A stretch of DNA of 63,015 bases, filler included, from Asterionella formosa (taxonomy: Eukaryota): assembly GCA_002256025.1 (NCBI GenBank). It is 12 parts of 12 records of this genome, joined end to end, with 100 filler letters (N's around TTAATTAATTAA, not from the genome) between each part and the next. Parts side by side here need not be neighbours in the genome. Positions count along the whole stretch, not along the records: positions 10,539 to 15,704 come from NKIB01013188.1; positions 15,805 to 20,970 come from NKIB01013189.1; positions 21,071 to 26,234 come from NKIB01013190.1; 9 more parts are not named here. One strand, given 5' to 3'. Made by a program: the position numbers and the translations under genes. Below are positions 10,539 through 22,998 of this stretch, piece by piece; the first letter of the stretch is position 1, and the number at the start of each line of letters is the position of its first letter. Below the pieces are notes generated by a model. That model did no database searches. It saw nothing but the letters and a program-made list of their open reading frames with translations, and was not told the origin of the DNA.

Positions 10539-12188
10539 CACTTGATTGATTATCCAATAGTATCCAGTCACGCATCTCAGATGCTTGGTAAAATTGTAGT
10601 TTCATATGAGCTCCCGTCCATCCAAATTGATTGGCATTTGCTTGTTGTGAAGCTTGTGATGACGGAGGGTTGTTGGAATTAACAGAGGTAACTGTACTGG
10701 TGTCGGATGTATTAGCCTGTGCCTGTGCATGGCTTTGGGCCTTGTTGATATCCCATTCCTCTTTGGGTTTATTTTTGTCTCTGCACGAAGGAGATTTGTG
10801 ACCTGCTTTTCCGCAGCAGTAACATTTTCCTTCTAACTGTGCAAACGATAAGTTCACGTCTTCGTCTTCCTTGCCTGCATCCTTTTGTTTCCTCTCTTTA
10901 TCATTATCTCCTGGTTTCTTGTAGTTAGATTTATTTGTGATGTCAAACCAATGGTTGCTGAGAACATTATTTGATTTGGTGATGGTCTTCGGGTATTGAT
11001 CGTTGCCGAGTGATTGTTGAGTGTTCAGCCCGGTCATAATTGAACCGTATTTGGCTTTATCAGCATTATCGAGATATAAATATGCCATAAATTGACTGAA
11101 AGCTTGTTCACGAAATTTATCTCATTGCTTGATGTTGTTCTCATTGTATCCTTCCATGGCTTCAATGAACTTGGTGAGGATAATGGGTACTCCCATGTGT
11201 GACTTGAGCACGTCTCGTGCCACACGAAATCTCTTGGTGTAGTCTTGTAGACTTTCTCCTTCTTTTTGCTTTGTGAACAAAAGCGTTCTCATCACATCTA
11301 AAATGATCGTCATTGAATATCGATTCTCTTGAAAATTTAATGCGTGTTCTTTAATTGCCATAAGCAATGTTATTGGGTTATTTTCGATCCTATTGTAATC
11401 AGACCTCGCTTCAATCTTGTTCTTCATGGCTTTGTTGCATCTTTCCCAGAGCAACGCATATGCCTTGGTCTTATTATTTTCGTAGGCCTGCACCCTTTTA
11501 CTGTAGGTGTCATAGTCAGCCTTAAACTCGATCTCAAATTGCCGATTCTCTGCGGCGCGATCTTCTTCTGTTGTTGCCATGCTCACTTGCATTCTTGGCT
11601 TCCATACCGATGTGTTGATTGGTTCTAATGACTTGAGTGCGATTCAGTAGTAGTCTCATAGTCAGATGCCTGCTTCGATGATCCGAGGTAGTAGTTATAG
11701 TCATTGACTGACTTCTTGATTGAGTGAGAAGCAATATTGCTCCCTCCCTTGGCTTGAGCCTTCTTGGTAAACTTTCCTTTGCCACTCATGATGCGCCCTG
11801 TGCGACTTATTCAGACTCTGGATGGTCTGGTACCCTCAGATCTTGTCTCCGGACTCTCAATGGTCCACCTGTTGTTGATTGTGGTATCACGGCTCTTCCT
11901 GACCGGCTAATTCTATTAAAACTGTTGAAATTGCGTCCCGAAGCACTCTATGCTTTCTTGTACCCTGTAAGGACAAGTCAGGGACCAAATAGGCTGTAGA
12001 TATAACAACGATGTCTCCGTGATCGATTGTAATCGTCCCTAAGAGTTTTAATAGAATTATGGGTTTTTACTGTTGGCATAGATTGTTTTCGAATTCTCTG
12101 GTACCATATTCTTTCTTGATTCATTCGATTCAATATGTAGTAGGTAATTTATACCGGGATTTTCTTTCCTAAAATATTTTCTCCAACA
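10539..12188 (-). mobile_element. Ty1/copia LTR retrotransposon (diatom CoDi-type): candidate 5' LTR, gag and start of protease; cut by contig end
   Basis: gag ATG at 11789 (MSGKGK...YLGSSKQASDYETT), then a frameshift/deletion, YALLWERCNKAM...ESLQDYTKRF, one in-frame TGA at ~11122, zinc knuckle CYCCGKAGHKSPSC and protease WILLDNQS. Confidence 0.9.
12071..12188 (-). repeat. Candidate short 5' LTR (TGTTGG...CCAACA) of the copia element
   Basis: Perfect 6-bp terminal inverted repeat TGTTGG/CCAACA. It begins where the protease reading of the neighbouring copia breaks off. Confidence 0.55.
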
Positions 12189-13375
12189 AGGAGGATGTCA
12201 CCACGTTTGGTACATAAAATTTCCTCTCTATTGCCAACGATGACTCGAGTGTTGACTGTTTCGATGTTTGTCATACCAACATCATCGCACGTAGTGATAT
12301 GACTTGTAGCTCCTGTACCCGCTAACCATTCTTCAGTCTTGACATCATCACTCACTCAACAAAATTCGTTATTTTCGATTTTGCTTTTGAACTCATTGTC
12401 GTTCGTCTTCTTGATTAGTTCGACGCCATCTTTCGCAGTTTCTTCGTCGTCATAGATCATAATCGTCACCCTTACATACATTCCGGTTTCTTAGTCTTTA
12501 TCCTTTTCGTCTTTCTTATTTTTCTCATGGCAATCTTTCGCAATGTGTCCAGCATACTTATTACTTGACTCCTTCGCCAACGGCTTCATCGTCTTTTGCT
12601 CGTTTCTTGTTCCCACCACCAGCTGTGTTTGCTTTTGATTGGCATTCCGCTGCCTTGTGTCCCTGCTTTCCACAGTTGCGACAGTTCCCTTTAAACTTTC
12701 CTCCGACAAACAAAGCCAATTCGTCTTCATTCTTGTCTGTTGTCTTGAACTTGCGCTTGTAGAACGCCCTGATCTTAGCCTTGATCTCCGTAAGCGTCAC
12801 GTTCTTTACTCCTTCAACCATAGTAATGACTTCGCTGTACTCTCCTGGAAGTTTGTCAATGATATGCGCGATAACTTCGGCGTCCTTTTTCTCGAAGTCG
12901 ATATCAATCTGTATCATCCTGTTCCTGATATTGTCTAACTTAATGAACAATTCATCAGGGTCTTGTTTCGTATCCTTGAGGTTGCACTTGTTGAATTCTC
13001 CAGCAAGCTGAATCAAATCCGATGCTTCGTTGGGCGCATACCTGTCGTTAAGGTTCTTCCATCCTACGAAAGCATCGCCATCGATTAGGTCGCTCCTTCG
13101 TCTTTGCATGATTCGCCAACCCAGCCAAAAGCGATTCCAGTACAGCTGAGGATTAAAAACTGGTAAGCTTTATTGTTATCCTCATACTTTTTCTTCTCTT
13201 CGTCGTGTGTCGAAGTCAAATAGACCGCATCTGAGCATGGTTTTGTGTCGTTGGCATAGACATGGCGAAACCCCTTGCTTTTGGCCAGAGCAAGCGCCTT
13301 CACACTCCACTCATGCCAATGGTTTTAGTCTCCATCAAACTTGATGGTTCCAACTTTCTCTTCTGTTGTAGTCAT
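12189..13375 (-). mobile_element. Second, different Ty1/copia element: degenerate gag-protease interrupted by the first element
   Basis: MTTTEEKVGTIKFDGD*NHWHEWSVKALA..., AYQFLILSC, WKNLNDRYAP, zinc knuckle CRNCGKQGHKAAEC and protease EEWLAGTGATSHIT (catalytic Asp replaced by Gly). Contains stops and frameshifts. Confidence 0.85.
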
Positions 13376-14352
13376 GCTACTTATCTTTTGCTTTGTAGAT
13401 ACAAAGGTTCGTTTATAAATGTGTTAAAGCATCTAGTACTCTTGAGTAGTATACGTCTATATTTATCTCTCAACTAGCTATTTCTCGTGATCTACTACTT
13501 CTAGATCTTTAGTAAACGTCAGAAACTCACTTTCTGCTTTACTTTATTTTGAGCTTTCTGCTACTTAGCAAGAGCTCCTTCCTAAGATCCATTTTCGATC
13601 TTTCAACTTCTACTTCAATCATCTCGTCATTGTCTTTACCAAAACAATTCTGTGGTCCCTGGGAGCAACATTTACTATGATAACACATAGTTGGAGCATA
13701 ATCATAGTTGCAGTCACTTTTGTGACTCGACTCAAGTGATCCCTTCACTATTTGTCAACGTGTGTCTTGAAGGTTAAACGCATGGTGCAATGCTGCAAAA
13801 ATACGAGGCAGTCGCTCGTGCTGAGTGAGGAATCACAAAAACCCAATACCAGTACACGGAGTTGGGAGTGGTGCGTAGGCCGATAGTTAAAACATTTCGT
13901 ATGTATGTACGGGTAGCAGGTTTACCGATACCCAAATCACACATTGTGAGGAAGCAAACAGGAATACCGGTAGTGGGTGCCATAACTTCTTGCTATGTAA
14001 TACCGGTACATCTACGGTACCAGGTATTGATTTTAATGTATGTCCGCGCAGCATCAGTACAACCTGGTAGAATATCGGTAGTCGATTCTGCTTCTGCCTC
14101 TCGGTCAAATATACGGCACCGCGACAAACCCATTACGGGTTCTTTCCGGCTCGACAGGCTGACATCAGTCTCCCTTTGCGGCCCGATAAGAAAGCCTTAA
14201 CATCTCCTTCCTTTAACTTTATATACATCGCTGCATAGTACGTTTTCGCCTGAATAAAAGGGCTATATATGTTCAAGACAAAGAATTGAAATGTAAACTA
14301 GTAATAATTAGTCGTGAGCCAGTCACAACATGAAAAATTCCACAGACACATA

Positions 14353-14990
14353 TCAGTCTGGACTGGAAGGACTCAATACTGCTTCCATGCAATGATGAAA
14401 ACAACAGTCAACACAATGATAGACACCCATGGAGCATAAACAACATGTCCGAGTCTTTCTTTTGCAGTCTACACATGTAGTTTGGGGGTGGGAACTGTCA
14501 GCATCCACAACTTCTGTCCCGATAAATTTCTTGCCTTTAGGTAGCCGGAAAACTCTGTGCAGCATTTTTTGTCAGTCTCGATGACCTTCGAGGCGATTCT
14601 TCTTCTTCTTCTTCTTCTTCTTCTTTGTAAAAAGGATTACATACCAATGCCTCTGCCAAAAGCTTGCGAAAACCGAGCATGCCATCAACCTCCTCCTTGC
14701 AGAAGCAAGTTTTTATATGCCATTATGGCATTTACTTCCGTGACTGACAAGATGAATGCGAACACTCTATTTGGCCATTTCGTCACCCATACCACCTCCA
14801 AACTGATTGGGGAATGCCTTTTTGCATTATGATCGTCAACAGCATGCCGAAACTTGTAGTGGTTGTGGATAACCTCAGTATATGTAATCTGTTTTTGGCG
14901 CTTTGTTCCTTATAGTCGATGACCTTTTCCAATGTTCAGATGATGATTTCGGACCCATAGTGAGGGTTGAATGTACTTTGACAGGCATGA
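14353..14990 (-). mobile_element. piggyBac-like transposase remnant (C-terminal catalytic part plus cysteine-rich domain)
   Basis: Minus-strand translation TYTEVIHNHYKFRHAVDDHNAKRHSPISLEVVWVTKWPNRVFAFILSVTEVNA, followed by CVDCKRKTRTCCLCSMGVYHCVDCCFHH. Confidence 0.75.
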
Positions 14991-15860
14991 AACGACGGCA
15001 CCGTTGCCCATGGTCAATTTTCGTTTTTGCGCCATCCCGCACAAACATTTTTGAGATTTTTTTGGCTGTAGGCTTCTCATGTATCTGAATTTTTTGAAGC
15101 CTATAAGCTTATTGTCATGCATACCTTCAGAAACCTACAGTTCTGTAGATTTAGATAAACTTTTCAGAAATGAAATATCCGTTGAATTGATCTAGGGGCA
15201 AGGGATTGAAAACCCAGACTGAATCCAGTCTACTAGACTGAAATCTGCCTAGCCGGAAAGAATCCGATAATTAATACCTAGGTGTTACAGATTAGTCCAG
15301 ATATCTGCACTAAATGCAAGTGTCCATTCCATCCACGAAAAGGGCAAGAAGTGATGACTTGAACGGACAGATAAAATCATTGTTGGCGAAAAACCTTGGT
15401 AGATACACCTTCTACATACATCCTGACTAAATAGACTTCAAAACAATAAGCTATAATGGTAACGACCTCGTCAAACGACGTCTCGTTGTGATGCCTTTTT
15501 TCAAAAGTTGAACTTCATCCAGGTATCAGGTATCTGGACCAAATCTGGACCTCTTCCTGTCGCTGGTGGTGAAAAGTTAACGGGTGCCATGTATAGTAGA
15601 ATAGATTACTACTTTTACTTTCAAACGGTTCAATGGCGTAGCTGCTCCAAGTAGAACAGATAGCTCAAACAATGCTTGTATTTTTGCATTGGACGTGACC
15701 AAGTNNNNNNNNNNNNNNNNNNNNNNNNNNNNNNNNNNNNNNNNNNNNTTAATTAATTAANNNNNNNNNNNNNNNNNNNNNNNNNNNNNNNNNNNNNNNN
15801 NNNNGAGTATTTCTGTTTGGCTGTGAAATAAAATACCCTGTGCGTATCCTCACCAGCACC

Positions 15861-18800
15861 ATGGCGTCCCTTCCACCCGCTCTCGACTTCGCCAAGATGG
15901 AGGAAGGCATCTGCGAAAAGTGGGCAGCTGAAGACTCCTTTCAGACTCAAAACAAGCTTTCTATTGAGCGAGGCGATGAAGTAAGTGTGTGTGCAGTGAA
16001 ATGTTAATAGAGGTGTGGGACACACTGTCCACAGTGACATGATGGGTCTGAATTATCGGATCCATGTGCTGTGATTGTCGTCCACAACACGGCAGTATGT
16101 ACCGAAAGTCCACATTTGCTGCATGATTGATTCTCACGCATTGTTTCCACCCGACTTTTACTTACTACAGGAGTTTACCTTTTACGACGGACCTCCCTTT
16201 GCGACTGGCTTGCCCCACTACGGACACATTTTGGCGGGGACCATCAAGGATACCGTCACTCGGTACGCTGCCATGACTGGCAAGCACGTGGAACGAAGGG
16301 CCGGATGGGACTGTCATGGTCTCCCTGTCGAGTATGAAATTGACCAAGCCTTAAACATTACGCACCGTGATCAAGTATTGGCCATGGGAATTGACAAGTA
16401 CAATGACACCTGCCGGTCCATTGTCACGAGATACACCAAGGAGTGGGAAATCACCATCAATCGTTTGGGTCGATGGATTGACTTCAAGAATGATTACAAA
16501 ACGTTGGATCCAAACTTTATGGAGTCAGTTTGGTGGGTATTTAGTCAGCTTTTCGAGAAGGGGCTTGTCTATCAGGGATACAAGGTCATGCCCTACTCGA
16601 CGGCTTGTGGAACACCTCTCAGTAACTTTGAAGCGGGATTGAATTACAAGGACGTCAGAGATCCTGCTGTGGTTGTTAGCTTTCCTCTAACTAACGAGCC
16701 AGGAGTATCTTTCATCGCCTGGACTACCACGCCTTGGACGTTGCCTTCCAACTTGGCGCTTTGTGTGCATCCTGAATTCGAGTACGTCAAGGTATTGGAT
16801 AAAAAAGCCAATGCAACCTACATCCTTGCCAAGGGGCGCCTTCCTCAGCTTTTTCCCATCATGAACAATAAGAAGAAATGGAAACCAGAAATGGCGAATG
16901 ACATGTATGAAATCCTTGACACCATGCCAGGCAAGGACCTAGTGGGGCTAACTTACACACCACTATTTGACTTTTTCCAGGGCACACCAGGATCTGATCA
17001 GTACTGGCGAGTTCTATCTGATACATACGTCACGGATGATGCTGGTACAGGGATCGTTCATCAAGCACCTGCTTTTGGAGAAGATGATTACCGTGTGTGC
17101 TTAGTTCACAATGTGATTGCCAAAGGAGACGATCTCCCATGCCCAGTCGATTCCAATGGTATGTTTACGGCACCTGTGACACCTGTTCTTGGTGTCAACG
17201 TCAAAAAGGCAGATGACACACTCATCGCCATGATCAAGGATATGGGAAGATTGGTATCGAAAGACCACCTGGACCACTCATATCCATTCTGTTGGAGAAG
17301 TGACACCCCCTTGATTTATAAGGCTGTCCCATCCTGGTTTGTTCGCGTTGAAGAGTTCCGTGACAGAATCGTAGAAAACAACAAACAGACCTACTGGGTC
17401 CCAAACAACGTCAAGGAAGTTAGATTCCACAATTGGTTGACGGATGCTAGAGATTGGGCCGTGTCAAGAAATAGATTCTGGGGAACTCCTATTCCTATTT
17501 GGGCGACAGAAGACATGAGTGAGGTGGTGTGTATTGGAAGTGTGGAACAGCTTTTTGAACTTTCTGGGGTTCGTGTGGAGGATTTACATAGAGAAACAGT
17601 AGACAAGGTCGAGATTCCTTCCAAGACAAAGCCTGGTCAGGTGCTCAGGCGCGTTGACGAAGTTTTTGATTGTTGGTTCGAGTCTGGATCCATGCCCTAT
17701 GCTCAACAACATTACCCTTTCGAAAATAAGGAACGCTTTGAGAAGGGCTTCCCTGCTGATTTTATTGCAGAAGGTTTGGATCAGACCCGTGGTTGGTTTT
17801 ATACCTTGATGGTATTGTCAACGGCGTTGTTTGACAAGCCTGCCTTTAAGAATCTTATCGTCAATGGATTAGTCCTGGCCGGAGATGGAAAGAAAATGTC
17901 CAAGCGTCTAAAAAACTACCCAGATCCCAATATTGTTATTGCCAAGTATGGAGCTGATGCCTTACGTATGTACCTAATCAACTCTCCTGTTGTGCGGGCC
18001 GAATCTCTCAAGTTCCAAGAAGCCGGGGTCTTGGGCGTGGTCAAAGAGGTTTTTCTGCCATGGTATAATGCCTTCCGTTTTTTTGTGCAAAATGTGGAGC
18101 GATTTGAGGCACTGGGAAAGAAGTTTCTTCCTAGCAAGGAAAAGGTAGTAGGGACGACCAATGCCACAGATATCTGGATCTCAGCTGCCACACAGGGCCT
18201 CATCAAGTTTGTGCACCAAGAGATGGATGCATATCGCCTTTATACTGTCATGCCGGCTCTTGTTAGATACGTCACTCAATTGACCAATTGGTATGTACGT
18301 CTTAACCGCGATCGTCTGAAGGGCCTCGAGGGAGAAGGTGACGAAGCCGATATGGAAGCCGAAACTGGACTCCAAGTTCTATACGACGTCTTGTTGAATG
18401 TCACTATTTTAATGGGACCGTTCACTCCTTTCATCACTGAATACTTTTATCAGCACCTTCGCAAGTTGCAATCTTCGTTTGTCGAAGCTTCCAATGGAGG
18501 TGGTGCTTCGAATCCTCCAATGGCTGGAAAGTCTGATTCTGTCCACTTTTTGACGTTGCCGGCCTATGATGAATCTCGTTTGAATCCCGACGCTGTTGAA
18601 GCAATGGAAGCGCTACAATCAATTGTAGAACAAGGACGTATTGTTCGTGAACGTCGAAACATTTCTTTGAGAACTCCTATCAAATCTGTTGTTGCTGTTG
18701 TTCGCAACCCCACAGACAACGTCGTTCAGGGAATTACAGGACCTCTGAAGAAATACATCCTCTCAGAGTTGAACGCCTGGGAATTCGTTGTTGTTCCAAA

Positions 18801-19563
18801 GGAGCAGGAGCACGAGTGGGTTAAGCTGTCTTTAGCACCGAACTTTAACCTGCTCGGAAAGAAGCTGGGCAAGAAGATGAAGGATGTTCAGAATGCCATT
18901 CAGGCAATGACCCATGACGATGCTGTCGCTTGCTTAGCCTGTGGCAAGCTGGTCATTGAAGAGTTCGAAATCGATTCCAAGGAAGAGTTGATTTCTCGTT
19001 TGGCATTTGCCAAGGAAGGTGATCACTGGGAGGCTGCGGGAACCCAAGATGGTTCTTTGGTTGTTGGGGTCGATTGCACTCAAGATGAAGCCATTTTGAG
19101 CGCGGGAATGGCTCGTGAGTTGATGAACAGTATTCAGCAACTTCGAAAGTCTGCCCAGTTAGATTTGAAGGATTCGGTTGAAATCTTCTTCCAGGAAGAA
19201 GAGAACGGAACTTCCGTCGAAGCAGCTGTTGCTCACAACGTTGAAATGTTTGTGAACAAGTTCAAGGGAGTTGTCCCACTTCCTCTAGCCTGCGCTCCTG
19301 CTTGGAGTGTGGTCCTGCAATCAGATGTCGTTGATGTTGGTGGGTCGAACGTCAAAGTTTCCATCTGCAGACCTGCTGTTTCTGTCAAGGATGATTTGGA
19401 TGATTCGCTTAAGCAAATGCTGTCAACATTTGAAGCTGTAAATTTACACGACGAGATCAAGTGCGTAGTAGATGGTAAGGATTCCACCTTACGAGAAGGG
19501 GAGGATTACTGGAAAAATTCTGTTGATAAGGCAAGGGCTCTGAAGAGCGTTGATTGGCTTTAG
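15861..19563 (+). CDS. IARS1: Isoleucyl-tRNA synthetase, cytosolic type. Exons 15861-15980 and 16171-19563 (~1170 aa)
   Basis: Exon 1 MASLPPALDFAKMEEGICEKW... and phase-0 intron GTAAGT...TACAG. FYDGPPFATGLPHYGH (HIGH motif), GWDCHGLP, WTTTPWTLP editing domain and KMSKR. Confidence 0.97.
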
Positions 19564-21070
19564 ATGCATAATAGTTCCCGCTTAAACACGTTGTTCGTAT
19601 TAAACCACCTTGGTTTTTGTCCCACCAATTAGTTGGCTAGTAAAATGGTGGTATCGTGTTAACAGACTCGCTTGCGGGAATACCGCAGTAACCTCGGCTT
19701 CAAAGTATGTAAGCTTAAGGGAAACATGACTACAGTAAAACTTTTAATGTATAAATGCTTAGGGGAGTAGGAAATTAAAAATAGATCGCCCATGGACTCA
19801 ATAGCAACTGTGTCAACCTAAGTGCAAAAAAGAAATTAAATATTCTCTATTTCCAGAACTACCTTGTGGTGCCACTCATTACATGTCACTTCCATTTATT
19901 CTGTTCTTGACACTTGCACACAATTGATTGCCATCCATAATCTAATAGAATTGTCCTTGAGTAATCATTTTGGAAACCTGTTCGTTCGTCCCATGGACAC
20001 GCCTCCACCGTTAACAATCGCGCTATCCTTCTTTTAGTTACCGAGTCCGTCAGCAGCCAATAATGGTGTGGTTGTTCGAGAACCTGTAGGACACGGCTCA
20101 GGGACAGCCAAACTCATCTCCTTCATAGCTAACAGAATGCCAGCACCTAACGACCCGATCTGGGTCGTGCTTGTTAATCAATGTCAAGAGACAATCGCAG
20201 TTGTCACCCCAACGAGCCCCTCTAAAATCAGGTTCATTGTGGTTGCCTGTTGTTTAAAGGGAAAACCTTTGATGATATTGGCAACAACTTTTCGAACTCA
20301 ATCACTTGCAAGGCCGTTGCTTGAATGAAGGGAGCAAACAGCCTTGTACGTGGCATGATGAACAGCAGTCGAGTCGACGACACATTTATCGTCCTGCCAC
20401 CAAGATAGTAGCTGATAGGTAAGATACTATCAGAATTTATAAGATTCATTAGCAAGCCTAGAGTTGCATTTGGGTAGTTGACAATCACCTATTGAGGCAC
20501 AAGAAGGACAGCCGGTATACTCGATACCTGCACAGAACAGAGTTCCCCAGTTTTGTCTGTACACTATTGCAATCCTCCCACACTGCTCCTCCTTTAAGTC
20601 TAACCAACAGTGACGGTATTATCTTGGGACATTTCTTCATCCAAATTAACAACAAACTTCTGGAAGTCAACGCTCCTTGGTAGGAGTGCCCGGATGACTT
20701 TACGCTGATCGGGTATCGTCCGCTTTAGCAACGAAAGGATGGCGTTGGATTCGTCCACTGCCGCCTCGAGTATTCTGGAAGGTTGAATGAACATTCTTGT
20801 TCAGGTATAAAAAATGGATACTTAGAAGCAAGCGCTTGCATACGAATACCGTCTCCTGCTTTTGGAAATGGCATGCATTGGCGTTTCGACCCCTGATTTT
20901 TTCAACCTCCGACTCCACATAGGCAAGTTAGTAGGGTCACTGTGGCCATGATGCAAGGCCTCGCCCTCCGNNNNNNNNNNNNNNNNNNNNNNNNNNNNNN
21001 NNNNNNNNNNNNNNTTAATTAATTAANNNNNNNNNNNNNNNNNNNNNNNNNNNNNNNNNNNNNNNNNNNN

Positions 21071-21536
21071 AATCACATCATCGGACAAAAGCAAAGTGCT
21101 TTGCATCAACCAAGGTCTAACAGTTCACTGAACAGTGTGGAACCAGATCCATGGGATCACACCAACGACAAAATTATGTGTTCCAACGCTACTGGAAAGA
21201 GCAATTCGGATACAAAAACGTCATCTTTGCAAGCAAAAAAGCAAACGCGAAAACTTTCGTGGCAAAGTATCACCGCCTTGAAGCCAACAACCATGCTGTC
21301 GCGTCGCGTGTCATATGATAATGCTTCTGCTTTGTCAGCGACACGCAAATTGTCGTCCTCATCTCCTTGTGAGCTGTCAGCATCTGGTCTCCAGCGCGAG
21401 GATGAACAAGAAATGACAGATAGTAGCAGAAAGAAGTACATGGACATGTTGTTCAGTTAATTCATCATTGAGTAGTGGTATTCGGGGAAATCAATTGAAC
21501 TAGTAACGTAACGTAACGTAACGTAACGTAACGTAA
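21071..21536 (+). repeat. Diverged direct copy of the 3' end (25779-26234) of the orphan gene, including its stop, 3' UTR and (GTAAC)n tract
   Basis: Colinear with 25779-26234 apart from scattered substitutions; same stop codon context. Confidence 0.9.
21503..21536. repeat. (GTAAC)n pentanucleotide microsatellite; also at 26211-26234
   Basis: gtaacgtaacgtaacgtaac... seen directly. Confidence 0.95.
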
Positions 21537-22075
21537 TAGTCCGAATGATGGATATTCCTCGCTCTAGCTTTAAATAATTGTGAGAGCTCTATGCATGGTT
21601 TCTTCAGGTAGTGGACTCAATACTAGTATATGTGTCAGTATTCGACCAATTTACACTTCTGCTTGTCGCTATAGTGATGTACATGGCTGGTGTGTGTTTC
21701 TCCAACAATGGCTGACGACGAGTATCAACTTATGGTGCTTTTGTCGAACACAATTTGTACGCCTCTTTCACAGTGTTGTTGTCACTCTACCAAGGTTCTG
21801 CAACATCAATGAATGCATGATTTGTAATTGTCTATTAAGATACAATTTAGTTTTCGGGCAAACCTCAAAGTTGCGTTCTACTTTTGCTAACATCGTAGGC
21901 AGTGCTTGCTGGTAATAATTATTTCTGTTCGTACAAAAGATTGCAGGAAACGCCTTTCATCGCTGTCGCAATCAATAGGATGACGGATAGTACAAATTCG
22001 TGATATCTCCTAGTGGTTCCCGGAATCGGAATGACACAACATTGAGATCGTAAGCAATCGATGCTTTTAAGGTAA

Positions 22076-22496
22076 GCCGCTCCACTAGGCACTCGATCCA
22101 CTGACGACAATGGCGCTCGCTTCATTTTCATGTTCTCTTGATGAAAGCGATACCTCTGTTCAAGGGGAGTGTCTCGACTGGGCTGATGCTGCTTTGATGA
22201 GCTTCCTGATCCAGCAACAGGAGGGGGACTGTGGGACCTTACAACATGTCGTCGTGTTCGATCACTTTGTCGATGATCATGCTCTGAATGAAGCACAGTT
22301 CTGGTGCGATGAATTCGTTTGTCCTCTTCCAAACGGCTGCTAAATCTGGCGCTTTTACTATGAGTCTGCTGCTTGATATCATCCAGTGACGAAATGGATG
22401 GCTTGGACCTTGCTCTTCCTTCAATGACAGCATAGAGATTAACGAACGACTCCTCGTCAGAATCCAAGTCTTGGATATCCTCATAAGTAGTAGCAA
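22076..22496 (-). repeat. Inverted copy of 24901-25321, forming a chimeric 193-aa ORF (21919-22500)
   Basis: 421-bp near-identical reverse complement; peptides match (YEDIQDLDSDEESFV...VPSGAA). Confidence 0.9.
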
Positions 22497-22968
22497 TCAT
22501 TCCAATAAGTCGTGTGTTTTCTTAATATCTAAACAAATATTATTTTCATGATCCCAATCAACAAAAGCGAAATGAGGGGTTGATCACTGCATTTCGATTT
22601 TCAACTTCGATGTATTGACGAATCATGGCTGCAATGGTACACCATTTCAGTCTTAGGCTTTATGAGAAAGCTTAAATCTGGATAATCTGGATGCTTCCAA
22701 GATTTGACAAGAAATGAAGAAGGTGAAAATCGCAAATTTCGTCGATTTCATAATTTCGGAGATTCACCACCACTCACATGTCTGTTCGTAAAAACCTTCA
22801 CAGGCGTTGCTCGCCCTGCTGTGATCACAAGAACACGGTTAAGCCAGTTGTGCATATGCACAGGGAACATTGCTAGATCACGCACCATAAAAATTGAATC
22901 ATCACACATCACCTGAATCATCGTCTTTGTCATTGTCGTCATTGTCATCCTTGTCAACTGTCATCTTG

Positions 22969-22998
22969 TTTGTATTGTATTGTATTGTATTGTATTGT
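22969..22998. repeat. (TTGTA)n microsatellite
   Basis: ttgtattgtattgtattgt... seen directly. Confidence 0.9.

Noticed and set aside
11971..11987. tRNA-Glu-like primer-binding site TGGTCCCTGAC on the minus strand
   Set aside because: The match is imperfect and it is not adjacent to the best LTR end (12071). It cannot be supported without the host tRNA set.
19990..20970. Possible gene downstream of IleRS
   Set aside because: Only short ORFs on both strands, with no recognisable motif or consistent splice model.
21503..21536. (GTAAC)n as a telomeric repeat
   Set aside because: It is short, internal in one copy and unlike TTAGGG-type repeats; an ordinary microsatellite.
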